Source of the DNA: a virus
Taxonomy: Duplodnaviria > Caudoviricetes
IMG/VR virus record: IMGVR_UViG_3300005096_000121
Coordinates: 1-53,287 of that record
Reading direction: 5' to 3' (one strand)
DNA: 53,287 nt
Below the pieces are notes generated by a model. It saw only the letters and a list, made by a program, of their open reading frames with translations, had not been told where the DNA came from and made no database searches. Positions 1 through 8,844 of this stretch are shown here, piece after piece; positions within the stretch are counted from its first letter, which is position 1, and the number at the start of each line of letters is the position of its first letter. The position numbers were made by a program, and so were the translations under genes.

Positions 1-70
1 TACAGAATAACTCTCTCTCTCTCTCGTATCCCATGTATGGTGAAATCTATTCACACCTTCTTATATCTTT

Positions 71-151
71 AGGGACTCCTACTTATAGTTTTCAATTAAG
101 GGACTCCTAGAAATACTTTGAGACTCCTAACTCCTTTCTACTTATAGTTTT
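71..151. repeat. Short direct repeats near window start
   Basis: AGGGACTCCTA at 71-81 and 99-109, GACTCCTA at 122-129, CTACTTATAGTTTT at 79-92 and 138-151. Confidence 0.8.
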
Positions 152-196
152 ACATAAAGTAAGAAAACGAATCCAATAAATCTTTGGAGAATATAC

Positions 197-673
197 TTGC
201 ACAATTCCGCACTACAGATAGAATCACAAACATCAGATGAAATCAAGTCACCACAATCGAAAGGAAACCTAATGAACAAGCTCAATGCCATGTTACCTAA
301 ATCATGCGATCCATATACTCTCAACAAAAAGGAGTTAGCTCAAGCAATCTCAAACAGTAAGTATCATCTTCAACTGTGTAGTGTGTGCGGAGAATTAGCC
401 TTAGCTAAAGTGAAAATTTGTATATGTCACGATTGTTATGTCGGTACTCCACCAGCTAAAAAAACTAATGACGCAAAAGACACAGAAGAAAAGAAGGAGA
501 CACGGAAGAAAAAGGAGAGACTAATATACCTACTCAAACGTATAAACAATAAAGATGCGGTAGCCACTATCATCGCTACTGCTTACATAAACAAAATCCT
601 AGACATGAACGAGTGTCATAACTTATGCGTAGAATGCAAAATCGAGTTAATTCCAGATTACTGGAATGATTGA
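197..673 (+). CDS. Hypothetical Cys-rich (CxxC, possible zinc-binding) protein; real start may be ATG 272
   Basis: 158 aa ORF with CSVC, CHDC, CHNLCVEC motifs. Confidence 0.6.
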   Translation: MHNSALQIESQTSDEIKSPQSKGNLMNKLNAMLPKSCDPYTLNKKELAQAISNSKYHLQLCSVCGELALAKVKICICHDCYVGTPPAKKTNDAKDTEEKKETRKKKERLIYLLKRINNKDAVATIIATAYINKILDMNECHNLCVECKIELIPDYWND

Positions 674-723
674 AGACATTTCAACTCAAGCACAAACAAC
701 CCAACTCAAGGAGAAATTTGAAG

Positions 724-843
724 ATGGAAAATAAAATAACCGAAGGTGCGTGGAGGTGGTTAGATAATCAGCAAATTGCCGGCAATCGTTCTCGTCTAAC
801 TGGTCCCGGTAGGTTCAGATTGATTGGAGCAACTAAAACATGA
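724..843 (+). CDS. Small hypothetical protein (39 aa)
   Basis: AAGGAG upstream, ATG 724, TGA overlapping next ATG (ATGA at 840-843). Confidence 0.4.
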   Translation: MENKITEGAWRWLDNQQIAGNRSRLTGPGRFRLIGATKT

Positions 844-1205
844 ACCCTCTTTTCCTGGAAAGGAATACTATGACTGAACGAAGCATGAGAGAACGGGCAG
901 AAAAAGTGATTTCTATATTAGACGATCTCGAAGCTGAAAGAGGTGCGGCTACTTCCCATTTCAATCTCATCCTCGCACTACTAATAAGTAACGGATCATT
1001 ACAGATGGAGTCAGGTGCGAGAAAGTTTGTGCAAGAGAAACGTAAGGAATACAAGCTAACCTACGGTGACGGTAGTGGTGGAGTAGAGTTATGCTCATTC
1101 AATGATAAAGTTCAGAAAATCATTGGTAACTACATTGACCAACCACCAAAAGGTCAGAGTCTACTTGAAGTCTTAGAGAATGCAAGAAAGGAAAAAAGGA
1201 TATGA
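840..1205 (+). CDS. Hypothetical protein
   Basis: 121 aa ORF, translationally coupled (ATGA) to next ORF. Confidence 0.6.
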   Translation: MNPLFLERNTMTERSMRERAEKVISILDDLEAERGAATSHFNLILALLISNGSLQMESGARKFVQEKRKEYKLTYGDGSGGVELCSFNDKVQKIIGNYIDQPPKGQSLLEVLENARKEKRI

Positions 1206-1468
1206 AAATTGAATACAGTAAGCAAGAGAATCCAGTAACACCCAAACCTTGGGATCAGTTTGAACTTGGGGAATTATTCTATTGTTTTGGGCTTAATGCG
1301 TGCATATACGTTCGGGTGCGGTACGGCGTCGTTCAAGTCGCGGCAGTTGATGCTATGGTCTGCCCGAGTATTTACGATGAACAGGCAATGGAGAGTTTCA
1401 CAAACTCCGATCAATGTCTCCCTGCACCCGGCAAAGTAACCTTAACTTTTGGAAAGGATGGAACATGA
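1202..1468 (+). CDS. Hypothetical protein
   Basis: 88 aa ORF, AAGGA RBS, ATGA overlap. Confidence 0.6.
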   Translation: MKIEYSKQENPVTPKPWDQFELGELFYCFGLNACIYVRVRYGVVQVAAVDAMVCPSIYDEQAMESFTNSDQCLPAPGKVTLTFGKDGT

Positions 1469-1513
1469 ATATATCAATGGAAGAGTTTAGGGAGTTAACG
1501 GAGTACCTAATCA

Positions 1514-1828
1514 ATGCTATGTGGAGACACCAATTGCGATGAAAGGCTCCGCCGCGACACCAGCTTTGGTGTGCAATTTGAGTACCGCATCAAACCCACA
1601 GCCGAGACGCGGCCTATGAATCACGAAGAGTGGGGGAAATACGCCAAACGAACTGTGCGAAGCAAACTAAACGGCTCGGAATCTTTAATCCTGAGTCGTT
1701 CTCGCCAAGAGATTTTAGTGGGAACCGTTTACCACACATTTTTCGAGATGGCTGAGAACTACACAAAACCCAACGGCGACCCGCTCACAGTGACTGTCGA
1801 CACTGACTCGGAGGATTGGCCACAATGA
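1514..1828 (+). CDS. Hypothetical phage protein (YRIKP motif); start uncertain
   Basis: 104 aa ORF; EYRIKP...RP motif common in small phage proteins. Confidence 0.5.
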   Translation: MLCGDTNCDERLRRDTSFGVQFEYRIKPTAETRPMNHEEWGKYAKRTVRSKLNGSESLILSRSRQEILVGTVYHTFFEMAENYTKPNGDPLTVTVDTDSEDWPQ

Positions 1829-2199
1829 ACACAGACACAATCGAAGCACGAATGGCGGGTAGGCATATGGCAAGCGTCCTCCACGATCTGATAACCGAGG
1901 ATTTCCATGATCTGATAGTCGAAGATGGGAATCCTTGGAAAAACGGAACGGGTGCTGATTACGCAGAGTCTTTGTTAAGGGAATTAGCTAAGTTGCTTCC
2001 GCACAGAAAACTAGACAATGAAGAACTACAACCACTCAGTCGACTCGGTGCTGTTACCATAAAATTTGGGCTGCACAAAGGAGAGCCATACTCTAACATA
2101 CCGATTGGCTATTTGGATTGGCTAATGAAAAGTAGTGAGGACTCTGTCAAGTCACTCAGAGCCTACCTAACTCATCCAGACCTTCCTACAGAAGACTAG
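1816..2199 (+). CDS. Hypothetical protein with C-terminal DUF3820-like (FGKHKG...YLxW) domain
   Basis: IKFGLHKGEPYSNIPIGYLDWL motif. Confidence 0.6.
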   Translation: MATMNTDTIEARMAGRHMASVLHDLITEDFHDLIVEDGNPWKNGTGADYAESLLRELAKLLPHRKLDNEELQPLSRLGAVTIKFGLHKGEPYSNIPIGYLDWLMKSSEDSVKSLRAYLTHPDLPTED

Positions 2200-2255
2200 T
2201 CATATGACTAACCCCTGAAGTGTGAAATTTAATCAGTCAATAAAGGAGTATTACT

Positions 2256-2474
2256 TTGAGGAACCAACTAGGGATAGACACACACATGACTATGGGGACT
2301 AGAACCACTCTCGTGAGAAATGGATTGTCTGAAATGAAGAAAGCAGGGAGGATACCCTTCACAGGTTTGAAGACTCGTAACATCCTAGTAGTAAAAGCTA
2401 ACTACGGTGATGTGATCCCTAAATGGGGTAGAAGCTTCGTAGCGGAGAAAAGACGATTGAGGACTAGTGGTTAG
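2256..2474 (+). CDS. Hypothetical protein
   Basis: AAGGAG upstream of TTG start; 72 aa. Confidence 0.45.
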   Translation: MRNQLGIDTHMTMGTRTTLVRNGLSEMKKAGRIPFTGLKTRNILVVKANYGDVIPKWGRSFVAEKRRLRTSG

Positions 2475-2731
2475 TGCCTACCTTACTTTTCTCCAGGAAA
2501 AGACCATCACATTATTATTTGAATTGGAGAAGAACAATGACTTACTTAGTCAGATTCGTTATCACTGACACTCGATCATTCGATGTAATCATTGATGGAG
2601 TTCATCCGGACGATGACAAACAAGCCTTACTCAGGAACTTCTCAGTCGCCAATGAACTAAGAAGAAACAAAGAAATTACTGAGGTTAAATTCTACCGTCA
2701 CATATCAGACTTCACTACTACAGTTCGTTGA
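2474..2731 (+). CDS. Hypothetical protein (likely start ATG 2537)
   Basis: GGAG RBS before ATG 2537. Confidence 0.5.
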   Translation: MPTLLFSRKRPSHYYLNWRRTMTYLVRFVITDTRSFDVIIDGVHPDDDKQALLRNFSVANELRRNKEITEVKFYRHISDFTTTVR

Positions 2732-2740
2732 GGTAACATC

Positions 2741-2947
2741 ATGGGAAGACATCGATTACAAATAGACTCCTCGATCGTATCCATGATGCGGAGAGGATTA
2801 ACTAATCACTGCATCTCTAAGAGATTAAAAGTCTCTGTCAGAACTGTAGAATCAAGAAGACAAGAATTGATGAGAAAGAACAAAGTGCATAGTGCATTCC
2901 AACTGGGTTATCTTTTAGGAAGAAAAAAGATAACTTATACTGACTAA
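2741..2947 (+). CDS. LuxR/NarL C-terminal-type HTH transcription regulator
   Basis: GLTNHCISKRLKVSVRTVESRRQELMRK matches LuxR HTH consensus G.sn.eIA..L.iS..TV..h...i..K. Confidence 0.8.
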   Translation: MGRHRLQIDSSIVSMMRRGLTNHCISKRLKVSVRTVESRRQELMRKNKVHSAFQLGYLLGRKKITYTD

Positions 2948-2962
2948 CAAGAAAGAACAGAT

Positions 2963-3685
2963 ATGGCTGACATTACTAGCAATTTGGAATTGTATTTGAA
3001 GCTAGACGAAACTTCCGGTCTTGTGGCTACTGATGCAAGTGGCGGTGGTAACCACGGCAACCTAGATGGCGGGTTGGATTTTGCGAACAATAGCGTTGCG
3101 GGACAAATTGGGAACGCTCTCGATGTCACAGGGAATGGCCGAAGAATCAGTTTCGGGGATCAGTCTGATTTTGAATTCACAACAGGTGCATTCACTCTAG
3201 CCTGCTGGTTCAATACTGACTTGCCCGGTGCTACCAGCGTATCGCGGACGACACTGTTAAATAAACAACATACAGGACTATTGATAAATCCAGGCTATAG
3301 ATTGAATGTGTGGGCAGGTAAGTTACGCTTTCTGATTGGTGACGGTGCATTCTCCGATTTTGTACAGAACGAAACGCTAGTCAATGACGGGCAAAATCAT
3401 TTTGCCTGCTTAACTATGTCGTCGGCCAAGGAAATGACACTCTATCTGGACCAAGAAGCCCCAATAGCTAAAACCCACGCTCTTGGCTCTCTTGATACCT
3501 CCATTGCCCTGGGCGTTGGTGGATTGGCTTGGGTCACTACATTCGGATTCGACGGGTGGCTTGATGACTTCAGAATTTACTCTCGTGAACTGGCTGCTGA
3601 GGATGTAACTGCTCTCTATAACTTCACTGGAGAATCATTAGCTCTATCGAGTTCTACTAACGTAGGTCTTAGTGTGTCTGTCTAG
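2963..3685 (+). CDS. LamG/concanavalin-A-like domain protein (probably virion-associated)
   Basis: YLKLDETSG..ATDASG.GNHG, FTLACWF, FDGWLDDFRIYSREL typical LamG motifs. Confidence 0.85.
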   Translation: MADITSNLELYLKLDETSGLVATDASGGGNHGNLDGGLDFANNSVAGQIGNALDVTGNGRRISFGDQSDFEFTTGAFTLACWFNTDLPGATSVSRTTLLNKQHTGLLINPGYRLNVWAGKLRFLIGDGAFSDFVQNETLVNDGQNHFACLTMSSAKEMTLYLDQEAPIAKTHALGSLDTSIALGVGGLAWVTTFGFDGWLDDFRIYSRELAAEDVTALYNFTGESLALSSSTNVGLSVSV

Positions 3686-3729
3686 GCACCACATCTATAG
3701 TTTCACCACCCAACCCACATAGGATTATT

Positions 3730-4119
3730 ATGAGTGACATCTCTGTACTTACCAATCGCATCATTCCCATTGATGTAGAGCTTTACACCAACACTTCTAT
3801 TCCTGCATCTATTGTTGGAGGTATTGATTCGGAAGTTAGACTTCAATTCACTTTGAAGAACAAGGATGCAACTAGTCCTTATGCCGTATCTACTACTGAT
3901 CTTTCTTCGGTCGATAGGGTTGACTATATATTCACCCAACCAAATGGTCTCATCTACACTAAACTCGCAGCTATAGATAGTCCTGCTTCATCTGGTGTAG
4001 TCTATCTGTACCTAGATAAGTCGGACCTAAACGTATCCGGCACTTGGCAAGTCGCTGCCATAGTCACTATAGGAGATATTGTAGTCTCCTATCCTAATGT
4101 TCCTTTCACAGTGGAGTAG
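3730..4119 (+). CDS. Probable virion structural protein (BppU N-terminal/Ig-like fold)
   Basis: beta-rich; G.V.Y......DL..SGTWQV pattern. Confidence 0.55.
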   Translation: MSDISVLTNRIIPIDVELYTNTSIPASIVGGIDSEVRLQFTLKNKDATSPYAVSTTDLSSVDRVDYIFTQPNGLIYTKLAAIDSPASSGVVYLYLDKSDLNVSGTWQVAAIVTIGDIVVSYPNVPFTVE

Positions 4120-4209
4120 ACTATGTCTTGGCCTGATACAGTGGCTCTTATCGCTGTCCTCCTGTTTTTCGTCGCTTTAGGATATCTAGGAACTAAATAA
4201 TTACACACT

Positions 4210-5652
4210 ATGAATAACACCATCAGTCTGAAGTGGAACAAGTTCATACCTGAAGAACCCACTCCTAAGCAGATAGCTTTTCTCTCTCTTCCTCACCTTG
4301 AAGTTCTATTCGGGGGAAGTGCTGGATCGGGGAAATCGAGTGCTCTCTTAGCTTCAGCACTTCAATATTGTGATGTTCCTGGTTACTCTGCCATTCTCTT
4401 TCGGAAAACTATTACTGACCACAAGTTGCCCGACTCTATTCTCAGTCGAGCAAAGAAATGGTTAGAGCCATTCCTGGCAAGTAAAGAAGTGAAATGGGTT
4501 TCTAATGAGAACACCTTTCACTTTGCTTCAGGTGCTACTCTCACCTTCGGATACTTAGATTCAGAGATGCACAAGTATCGGTATCAATCTGCTAGATTCC
4601 ATTTTGTGGGAATGGATGAATGCACTCAGATAGCTGAAGATGATTACCTCTATCTCTTTTCTCGAATCAGAAAAAGTAAGCAAGAGTCTGCTATTCCTCT
4701 TCGATTTCGATCTGCAACTAATCCAGGTGGTAAGTCTCATCAATTCATTAAAGACAGATTCCAAATTAGAAGGAATCCTGTTACAGGTAAGTTCCACGGA
4801 CATAGAAAGAACAAGCCGTTTATTCCAGCATCCTTATTGGATAATCCCTATCTAGGTGCTGAGTACGCTGAGACTCTTGATGAGCTTGGAACTATTGAAA
4901 GAGATCGTCTCAAGTTTGGGGATTGGGATTCACAAGAGAGTGCTATCTTCGATAGAGATTGGTTCAACAATCGGTACACAATTAAGAATGGAGAGATTCT
5001 AGTTCTCCACGAACCTGACTCAGTAAGAACTTTCATTCTCAAGGACCTACTCAGATTCTGTTGTGTTGATAGTGCTTCTTCCGAAAGGACAGGAATTGAG
5101 GGAAAGTCATTCAGAACAAATACTGGTCCTTCCTACTCCGTGTGTGGAACCTTTGCAGTTCTCGACAAACCTCCTTTTGATCTCGTCTGGTTGCACAACT
5201 TTAGGAGTCAGTGCAAGATTCCAATCCTTCAAGATCGAGTGAAGAGAATCTATCGGAAATGGAAACCTTCATTCATTAGAATTCAGGATACGACTGCTGA
5301 TCGTGGAGTAGGTCAGAACCTAGACGCTGATGGGCTGCCTATGAAGTTCATTCCCTCTCCTACGACTGACAAAGTGGTGGGCTCCATAGACGCTCAGATC
5401 AGGGCTGAAAGGGGTAGAATATGGCTTCCTAAGCACACCTCATGGCTGAGTGACCTTGAGAACGAGCTGTTCGCCTGGACAGGGCATCCTAAGGAGGTCA
5501 ATGACCAGATTGACGTATTATCGTCTGGAGCGTCAGAGGCGGCCTCTAGGGGCCTAGGAGAACAGATTGATGAGACTCTCCAGACTCCTCAAACCAACAC
5601 TGCTCCTATGTCTACTGGAGGGATGGGTGGTACTTCTAGAATATATCACTAG
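4210..5652 (+). CDS. terL: Terminase large subunit (Terminase_6 family)
   Basis: Q-motif PTPKQ, Walker A GGSAGSGKS, Walker B VGMDECTQ, motif III SATNPGG, C-terminal RNase H-like nuclease (CVDSA...DQID). Confidence 0.93.
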   Translation: MNNTISLKWNKFIPEEPTPKQIAFLSLPHLEVLFGGSAGSGKSSALLASALQYCDVPGYSAILFRKTITDHKLPDSILSRAKKWLEPFLASKEVKWVSNENTFHFASGATLTFGYLDSEMHKYRYQSARFHFVGMDECTQIAEDDYLYLFSRIRKSKQESAIPLRFRSATNPGGKSHQFIKDRFQIRRNPVTGKFHGHRKNKPFIPASLLDNPYLGAEYAETLDELGTIERDRLKFGDWDSQESAIFDRDWFNNRYTIKNGEILVLHEPDSVRTFILKDLLRFCCVDSASSERTGIEGKSFRTNTGPSYSVCGTFAVLDKPPFDLVWLHNFRSQCKIPILQDRVKRIYRKWKPSFIRIQDTTADRGVGQNLDADGLPMKFIPSPTTDKVVGSIDAQIRAERGRIWLPKHTSWLSDLENELFAWTGHPKEVNDQIDVLSSGASEAASRGLGEQIDETLQTPQTNTAPMSTGGMGGTSRIYH

Positions 5653-5654
5653 AA

Positions 5655-5956
5655 TGTGTGGTAGTGAGACTTGGGTTTGCACACCTCCTCTCTTGCTGGA
5701 GACTACAAGCATCGAGTGATAGCTCGCTTGTGGTTTCAATTTGGGAATCTGGAGCGAACACCAATTGACACTTGGGAATGTTCCCTTTGCAGACGGGGTT
5801 GAGGTTACGTAAGTAGCCTTGACCTCGTTTTATTGCTAGAATATCTGATGTACCCAGACTCTTGCGTCTATCTATGACGCACTCCTAAAGTGATGACCAC
5901 CACTAATCTGGGTATAGGGCCAGCAATGCTTCTAACATTGGCTGGTCCATTTTTAT
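5655..5956 (+). ncRNA. Putative structured non-coding RNA (multi-hairpin), ending in terminator-like stem
   Basis: Stems 5699-5710/5726-5737; 17-bp 5792-5808/5813-5829 with GTAA tetraloop and 5 G-U pairs; 5851-5858/5907-5914 enclosing 5863-5868/5876-5881; 5917-5924/5941-5948 followed by T-run. Confidence 0.6.
5917..5956 (+). terminator. Probable intrinsic terminator
   Basis: GGGCCAGC...GCTGGTCC stem followed by ATTTTTA, between convergent transcription units. Confidence 0.55.
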
Positions 5957-6097
5957 TCCTTAGAGAGGAATATCTGAGAAGCTTTTTCCTGGAGAAGAGT
6001 AACTGAGACGATTCTCACACACTAGGGTCTGAACCGTGAAAAGTATTCTGTTGACGGACTGATGGGATCTTCTGTGTTTCTCGAATGATTTTGATAT

Positions 6098-6328
6098 TTA
6101 TGTTTCTATGTTCCCAAAACGACCTATCGAAAGGCTTTTTTCTCGCAATAAGTCGGTAACATTTGTGGGTGATCCTATGTCAAAGTGTTCGGCCACAATC
6201 GTCCAACTCCACGCACCCGCTGTTCTACAATTCCACCCTGGTCGAAGTCTTTTGAACTCATAATCTTTCGGCACCTTTATCCCGTTAGACCGTAATTTCT
6301 CCACTAACTGCTCTACCTTTGTGGCCAC
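6098..6328 (-). CDS. Hypothetical protein
   Basis: 76 aa ORF, GGGGTG RBS-like before GTG. Confidence 0.55.
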   Translation of the reverse strand: MATKVEQLVEKLRSNGIKVPKDYEFKRLRPGWNCRTAGAWSWTIVAEHFDIGSPTNVTDLLREKSLSIGRFGNIET

Positions 6329-6359
6329 ATGTCACCCCCACATTCACAAGGATTAAATT

Positions 6360-6497
6360 TCACGGATTACTAGGTGTATCAATCACTCTAATCTTCATAG
6401 GTTTCGCTTTCTTGAAACGAACCTCAATAGTTCCCACCTTCTTGAATGGCACATGATTGACTTTGATGGGGAGATCATCTTTCTCAGACTCATCCAT
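6360..6497 (-). CDS. Small hypothetical protein (45 aa, MDESEKDDLPIKVNHVPFKKVG...)
   Basis: Read by hand; fills the gap in the minus-strand operon; TGA stop lies inside dispersed motif A. Confidence 0.5.
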   Translation of the reverse strand: MDESEKDDLPIKVNHVPFKKVGTIEVRFKKAKPMKIRVIDTPSNP

Positions 6498-6593
6498 AGT
6501 ATCTTCCGATTAGGAGTAGCACTCTAAATAGAGTTCCCAGTACCACTCCTACGAGTATTCCTGTCACTAACAGAACTATGATCTCTTTTGCAT

Positions 6594-6851
6594 TCATTTT
6601 TTACTCTTGATGTAATCAAGCAACTTACTGAGATCATCCTTAACGGCTGTTGCACAATCAATGCACAGATAGACTGATTCACCTTGGACACATATATCAA
6701 TTCTACAATCCACATCAGCATAGCATCCTTGACAACCTTTAGGACCTACACGATGTCCAACACTTGCAACCTCAGCTAGTAGATCAGCTTTCTCTAGTTC
6801 TTCTCTTTCGTTTTCGGTCATAGTAGTTTCTCCAAACGAATTAACAAGCAA
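6594..6851 (-). CDS. Hypothetical protein with CxxC pairs
   Basis: GCQGC and LCIDC; GGAG RBS before internal ATG (MTENE). Confidence 0.55.
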   Translation of the reverse strand: MLVNSFGETTMTENEREELEKADLLAEVASVGHRVGPKGCQGCYADVDCRIDICVQGESVYLCIDCATAVKDDLSKLLDYIKSKK

Positions 6852-6949
6852 AAAGTTGCTGCAAGGTTCGCCCCAACTGCGATGATTAACCCCAAAAAGA
6901 TTACATCTTCTCTACTATAATTTCTGAATGGATTGTTCATAATAATTTC

Positions 6950-7156
6950 CTAAAAAGTTGCAACCCAAGCTATGAGAAATCCGATAGACGCGAATCCGAT
7001 AGCTACAGTCCAACCCAGTATTGTTACCGTCCCTCTCATTATCTGAACTCCTGCAAGCAAACAATCCACATGATTTTCTAGCATGAGTATTTTGTCCTCT
7101 GAATTGTGTAACCTCGCATTAAGTTTTTCTAGTTTCTCAGTAGTCTGCTTTTTCAC
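6950..7156 (-). CDS. Small coiled-coil protein with C-terminal TM helix
   Basis: Heptad N-terminus then hydrophobic ILGWTVAIGFASIGFLIAWV. Confidence 0.6.
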   Translation of the reverse strand: MKKQTTEKLEKLNARLHNSEDKILMLENHVDCLLAGVQIMRGTVTILGWTVAIGFASIGFLIAWVATF

Positions 7157-7632
7157 TGTCCTAATCTCCCTTTTTTGGTTGAAGATGCAAATCCTTCATC
7201 AATCAGCATCTGGTTAAGTGTCCGATACTTTCCTACGTAGATGTATCCAGGTATCCGATCAAATGAGAAAGCTTTTAATAGGTTTGTTCCACGAAGATTA
7301 AAATCCTTTCTGATTGGGATGAACAAACGAAGATCATCTGATTCTGACAATACCTTGCTCGCATAGATTGTTCCTAATCTAGCAATTCTCTTGTCATGCT
7401 CAGTACCTCGATTCAGTTCAGGACTCCAAGTCTTTATGAGTCGAATAGCCCAAACAGTGGAACCTCCAGGTAGTTTTACTTCGTGAGTATCTGCATCCCT
7501 TGAACGGTGAAATTTAATGGGAAGAGTGATACCAAATTCCGGACACACTTTAGGAGCAAATGCTTCCTGTGCTTGGAGTGTACTAGATATTGTGAGTAGC
7601 ACAAGAAGTATGGGTAGATAAAAGTATTTCAT
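7153..7632 (-). CDS. Exported thermonuclease (SNase-like) family protein
   Basis: Signal peptide MKYFYLPILLVLLTISSTLQA; DADT..V, IRL....SPE, FDR..GYIY, LNQMLIDEGFA resemble SNase motifs. Confidence 0.72.
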   Translation of the reverse strand: MKYFYLPILLVLLTISSTLQAQEAFAPKVCPEFGITLPIKFHRSRDADTHEVKLPGGSTVWAIRLIKTWSPELNRGTEHDKRIARLGTIYASKVLSESDDLRLFIPIRKDFNLRGTNLLKAFSFDRIPGYIYVGKYRTLNQMLIDEGFASSTKKGRLGQ

Positions 7633-7645
7633 TAGCTATCTCCAT

Positions 7646-7691
7646 TAAAAAAGCTGACTAGATCAAGTAGTTATACTCAACCTAGTCAGCT
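7646..7691 (-). terminator. Intrinsic terminator (minus strand)
   Basis: AGCTGACTAG...CTAGTCAGCT stem followed by T-run on minus strand. Confidence 0.65.
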
Positions 7692-7734
7692 ACCACATAC
7701 CCGTCACGCCCTGACAAGACCTTTATACCATCTC

Positions 7735-7995
7735 CTAGTATCTTCCGCAACTGGGGTAAGCTTGAGGAGCAGGAGCTATTCTTTGAGCATAGCCTGTAGG
7801 AGTAAATACTCGACTCAATCCCCTACTCAGCCAGTACCCTGCTCGCCGTACTGGAGCAATAGCAACGAATCGAGGTCTAGCAGGCCCAACAGTCATGTAC
7901 TGCTCAGGTTGAGTGGCTGTGGGCTGCTGTGGGCAGGCATTAGCAACACTTGGACTACTCACACACAAAATCAGAATCACAAATAGAGTCTTCAA
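7735..7995 (-). CDS. Small exported protein
   Basis: Signal peptide MKTLFVILILCVSSPSVANA; AAGGTG RBS. Confidence 0.6.
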   Translation of the reverse strand: MKTLFVILILCVSSPSVANACPQQPTATQPEQYMTVGPARPRFVAIAPVRRAGYWLSRGLSRVFTPTGYAQRIAPAPQAYPSCGRY

Positions 7996-8032
7996 AGATC
8001 ACCTTCTTTCAGAGTTAGAACTTAGAGCATCA

Positions 8033-8104
8033 AGAACGTGACGGGAATCGAACCCGCTTAGGTGGGGTTGAAATCCCACTGCCTGACCAATCGGCATCAC
8101 GCTC
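8033..8104 (-). tRNA. Atypical tRNA, Cys-like body (U73, CTAA variable loop), 8-nt anticodon loop AUUUCAAC; no encoded CCA
   Basis: Acceptor GAGCGTG/CACGTTC, D arm GCC-GATTGGTCA-GGC, anticodon stem GTGGG/CCCAC, T arm GCGGG-TTCGATT-CCCGT. Confidence 0.85.
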
Positions 8105-8110
8105 CTTTGA

Positions 8111-8440
8111 TTAGGTATTCAACCAATCTTTCAAATCTTCAGCTTTAGGTTGTGGATACCGACTGAATCGCTCAATCATGTACAGCAACTTATGCTCATC
8201 CACGTAAGCACTTTCTTTGTTCTCAGTCCCACTATAACTTCTACCCCGAAGCATGGCGTAAGCTAACTGTGCTAATCGTGATTCTCTTCTCACTATCACA
8301 GACCGATGCCACCGCAATATTTCTCGGTCCTCATTTGTTTGTGCGTCTGTGCCAACTATTCGACTCTCTTCACGGCGAATAATTGTTGCTTCAGCAGCCA
8401 AGGATTTTATCTTAACTCGAAGCTTCTGTCTCCCGCACAA
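8111..8440 (-). CDS. Hypothetical conserved-looking phage protein
   Basis: LRVKIKSLAAEATIIRREE ... HR..IVRRESR.AQLAYAMLRGRSY. Confidence 0.65.
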   Translation of the reverse strand: MCGRQKLRVKIKSLAAEATIIRREESRIVGTDAQTNEDREILRWHRSVIVRRESRLAQLAYAMLRGRSYSGTENKESAYVDEHKLLYMIERFSRYPQPKAEDLKDWLNT

Positions 8441-8515
8441 CAGATCAAATCTCCATTTACTTTTGCATTCACAAATCGTGGATTCTCATCATACTACCTT
8501 TCTCGGATTTGGAAA

Positions 8516-8836
8516 TTAAACTGCGTGAGTACCTTCAACTTTTCTTGCTTCTCGATCCGCTGTCCGACTATTCAAAGAGCTTAGGGCTTGGTCCAAGTAC
8601 CTAATCGCTTCAGCGTTTGTTTCGCAATTAAACTTTCCTTGCTGATAAAATTGGATGCGATCAATTGCGGCAGAAATGATATCCTCAACAAACGCTCCGT
8701 TAGGTTCAATTCGATCTGCATCGCGATTCAGTGGACCGTTCTGCCAACCGATCGTAAAGCCTTGACCGAATGTCGTACCTCCCGCAGGATTTCCGTTTGC
8801 GTCCAGGAATTGGTTGCTTGTGAATTTACTTTGCAT
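8516..8836 (-). CDS. tad1: Tad1-family anti-defence sponge protein (Thoeris/CBASS signal sequestration)
   Basis: WQNGP...NGAFVEDII..AIDRIQFYQQGKFNCETNAEAI..LDQAL..LNSRTADRE.R.VEGT parallels the Tad1 consensus FQ.G....G....DLL.I..DRL..FQ.G.F..REN..A....EEAL.W...R..DR..R.V.GT. Confidence 0.8.
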   Translation of the reverse strand: MQSKFTSNQFLDANGNPAGGTTFGQGFTIGWQNGPLNRDADRIEPNGAFVEDIISAAIDRIQFYQQGKFNCETNAEAIRYLDQALSSLNSRTADREARKVEGTHAV

Positions 8837-8844
8837 AGTTTTTC

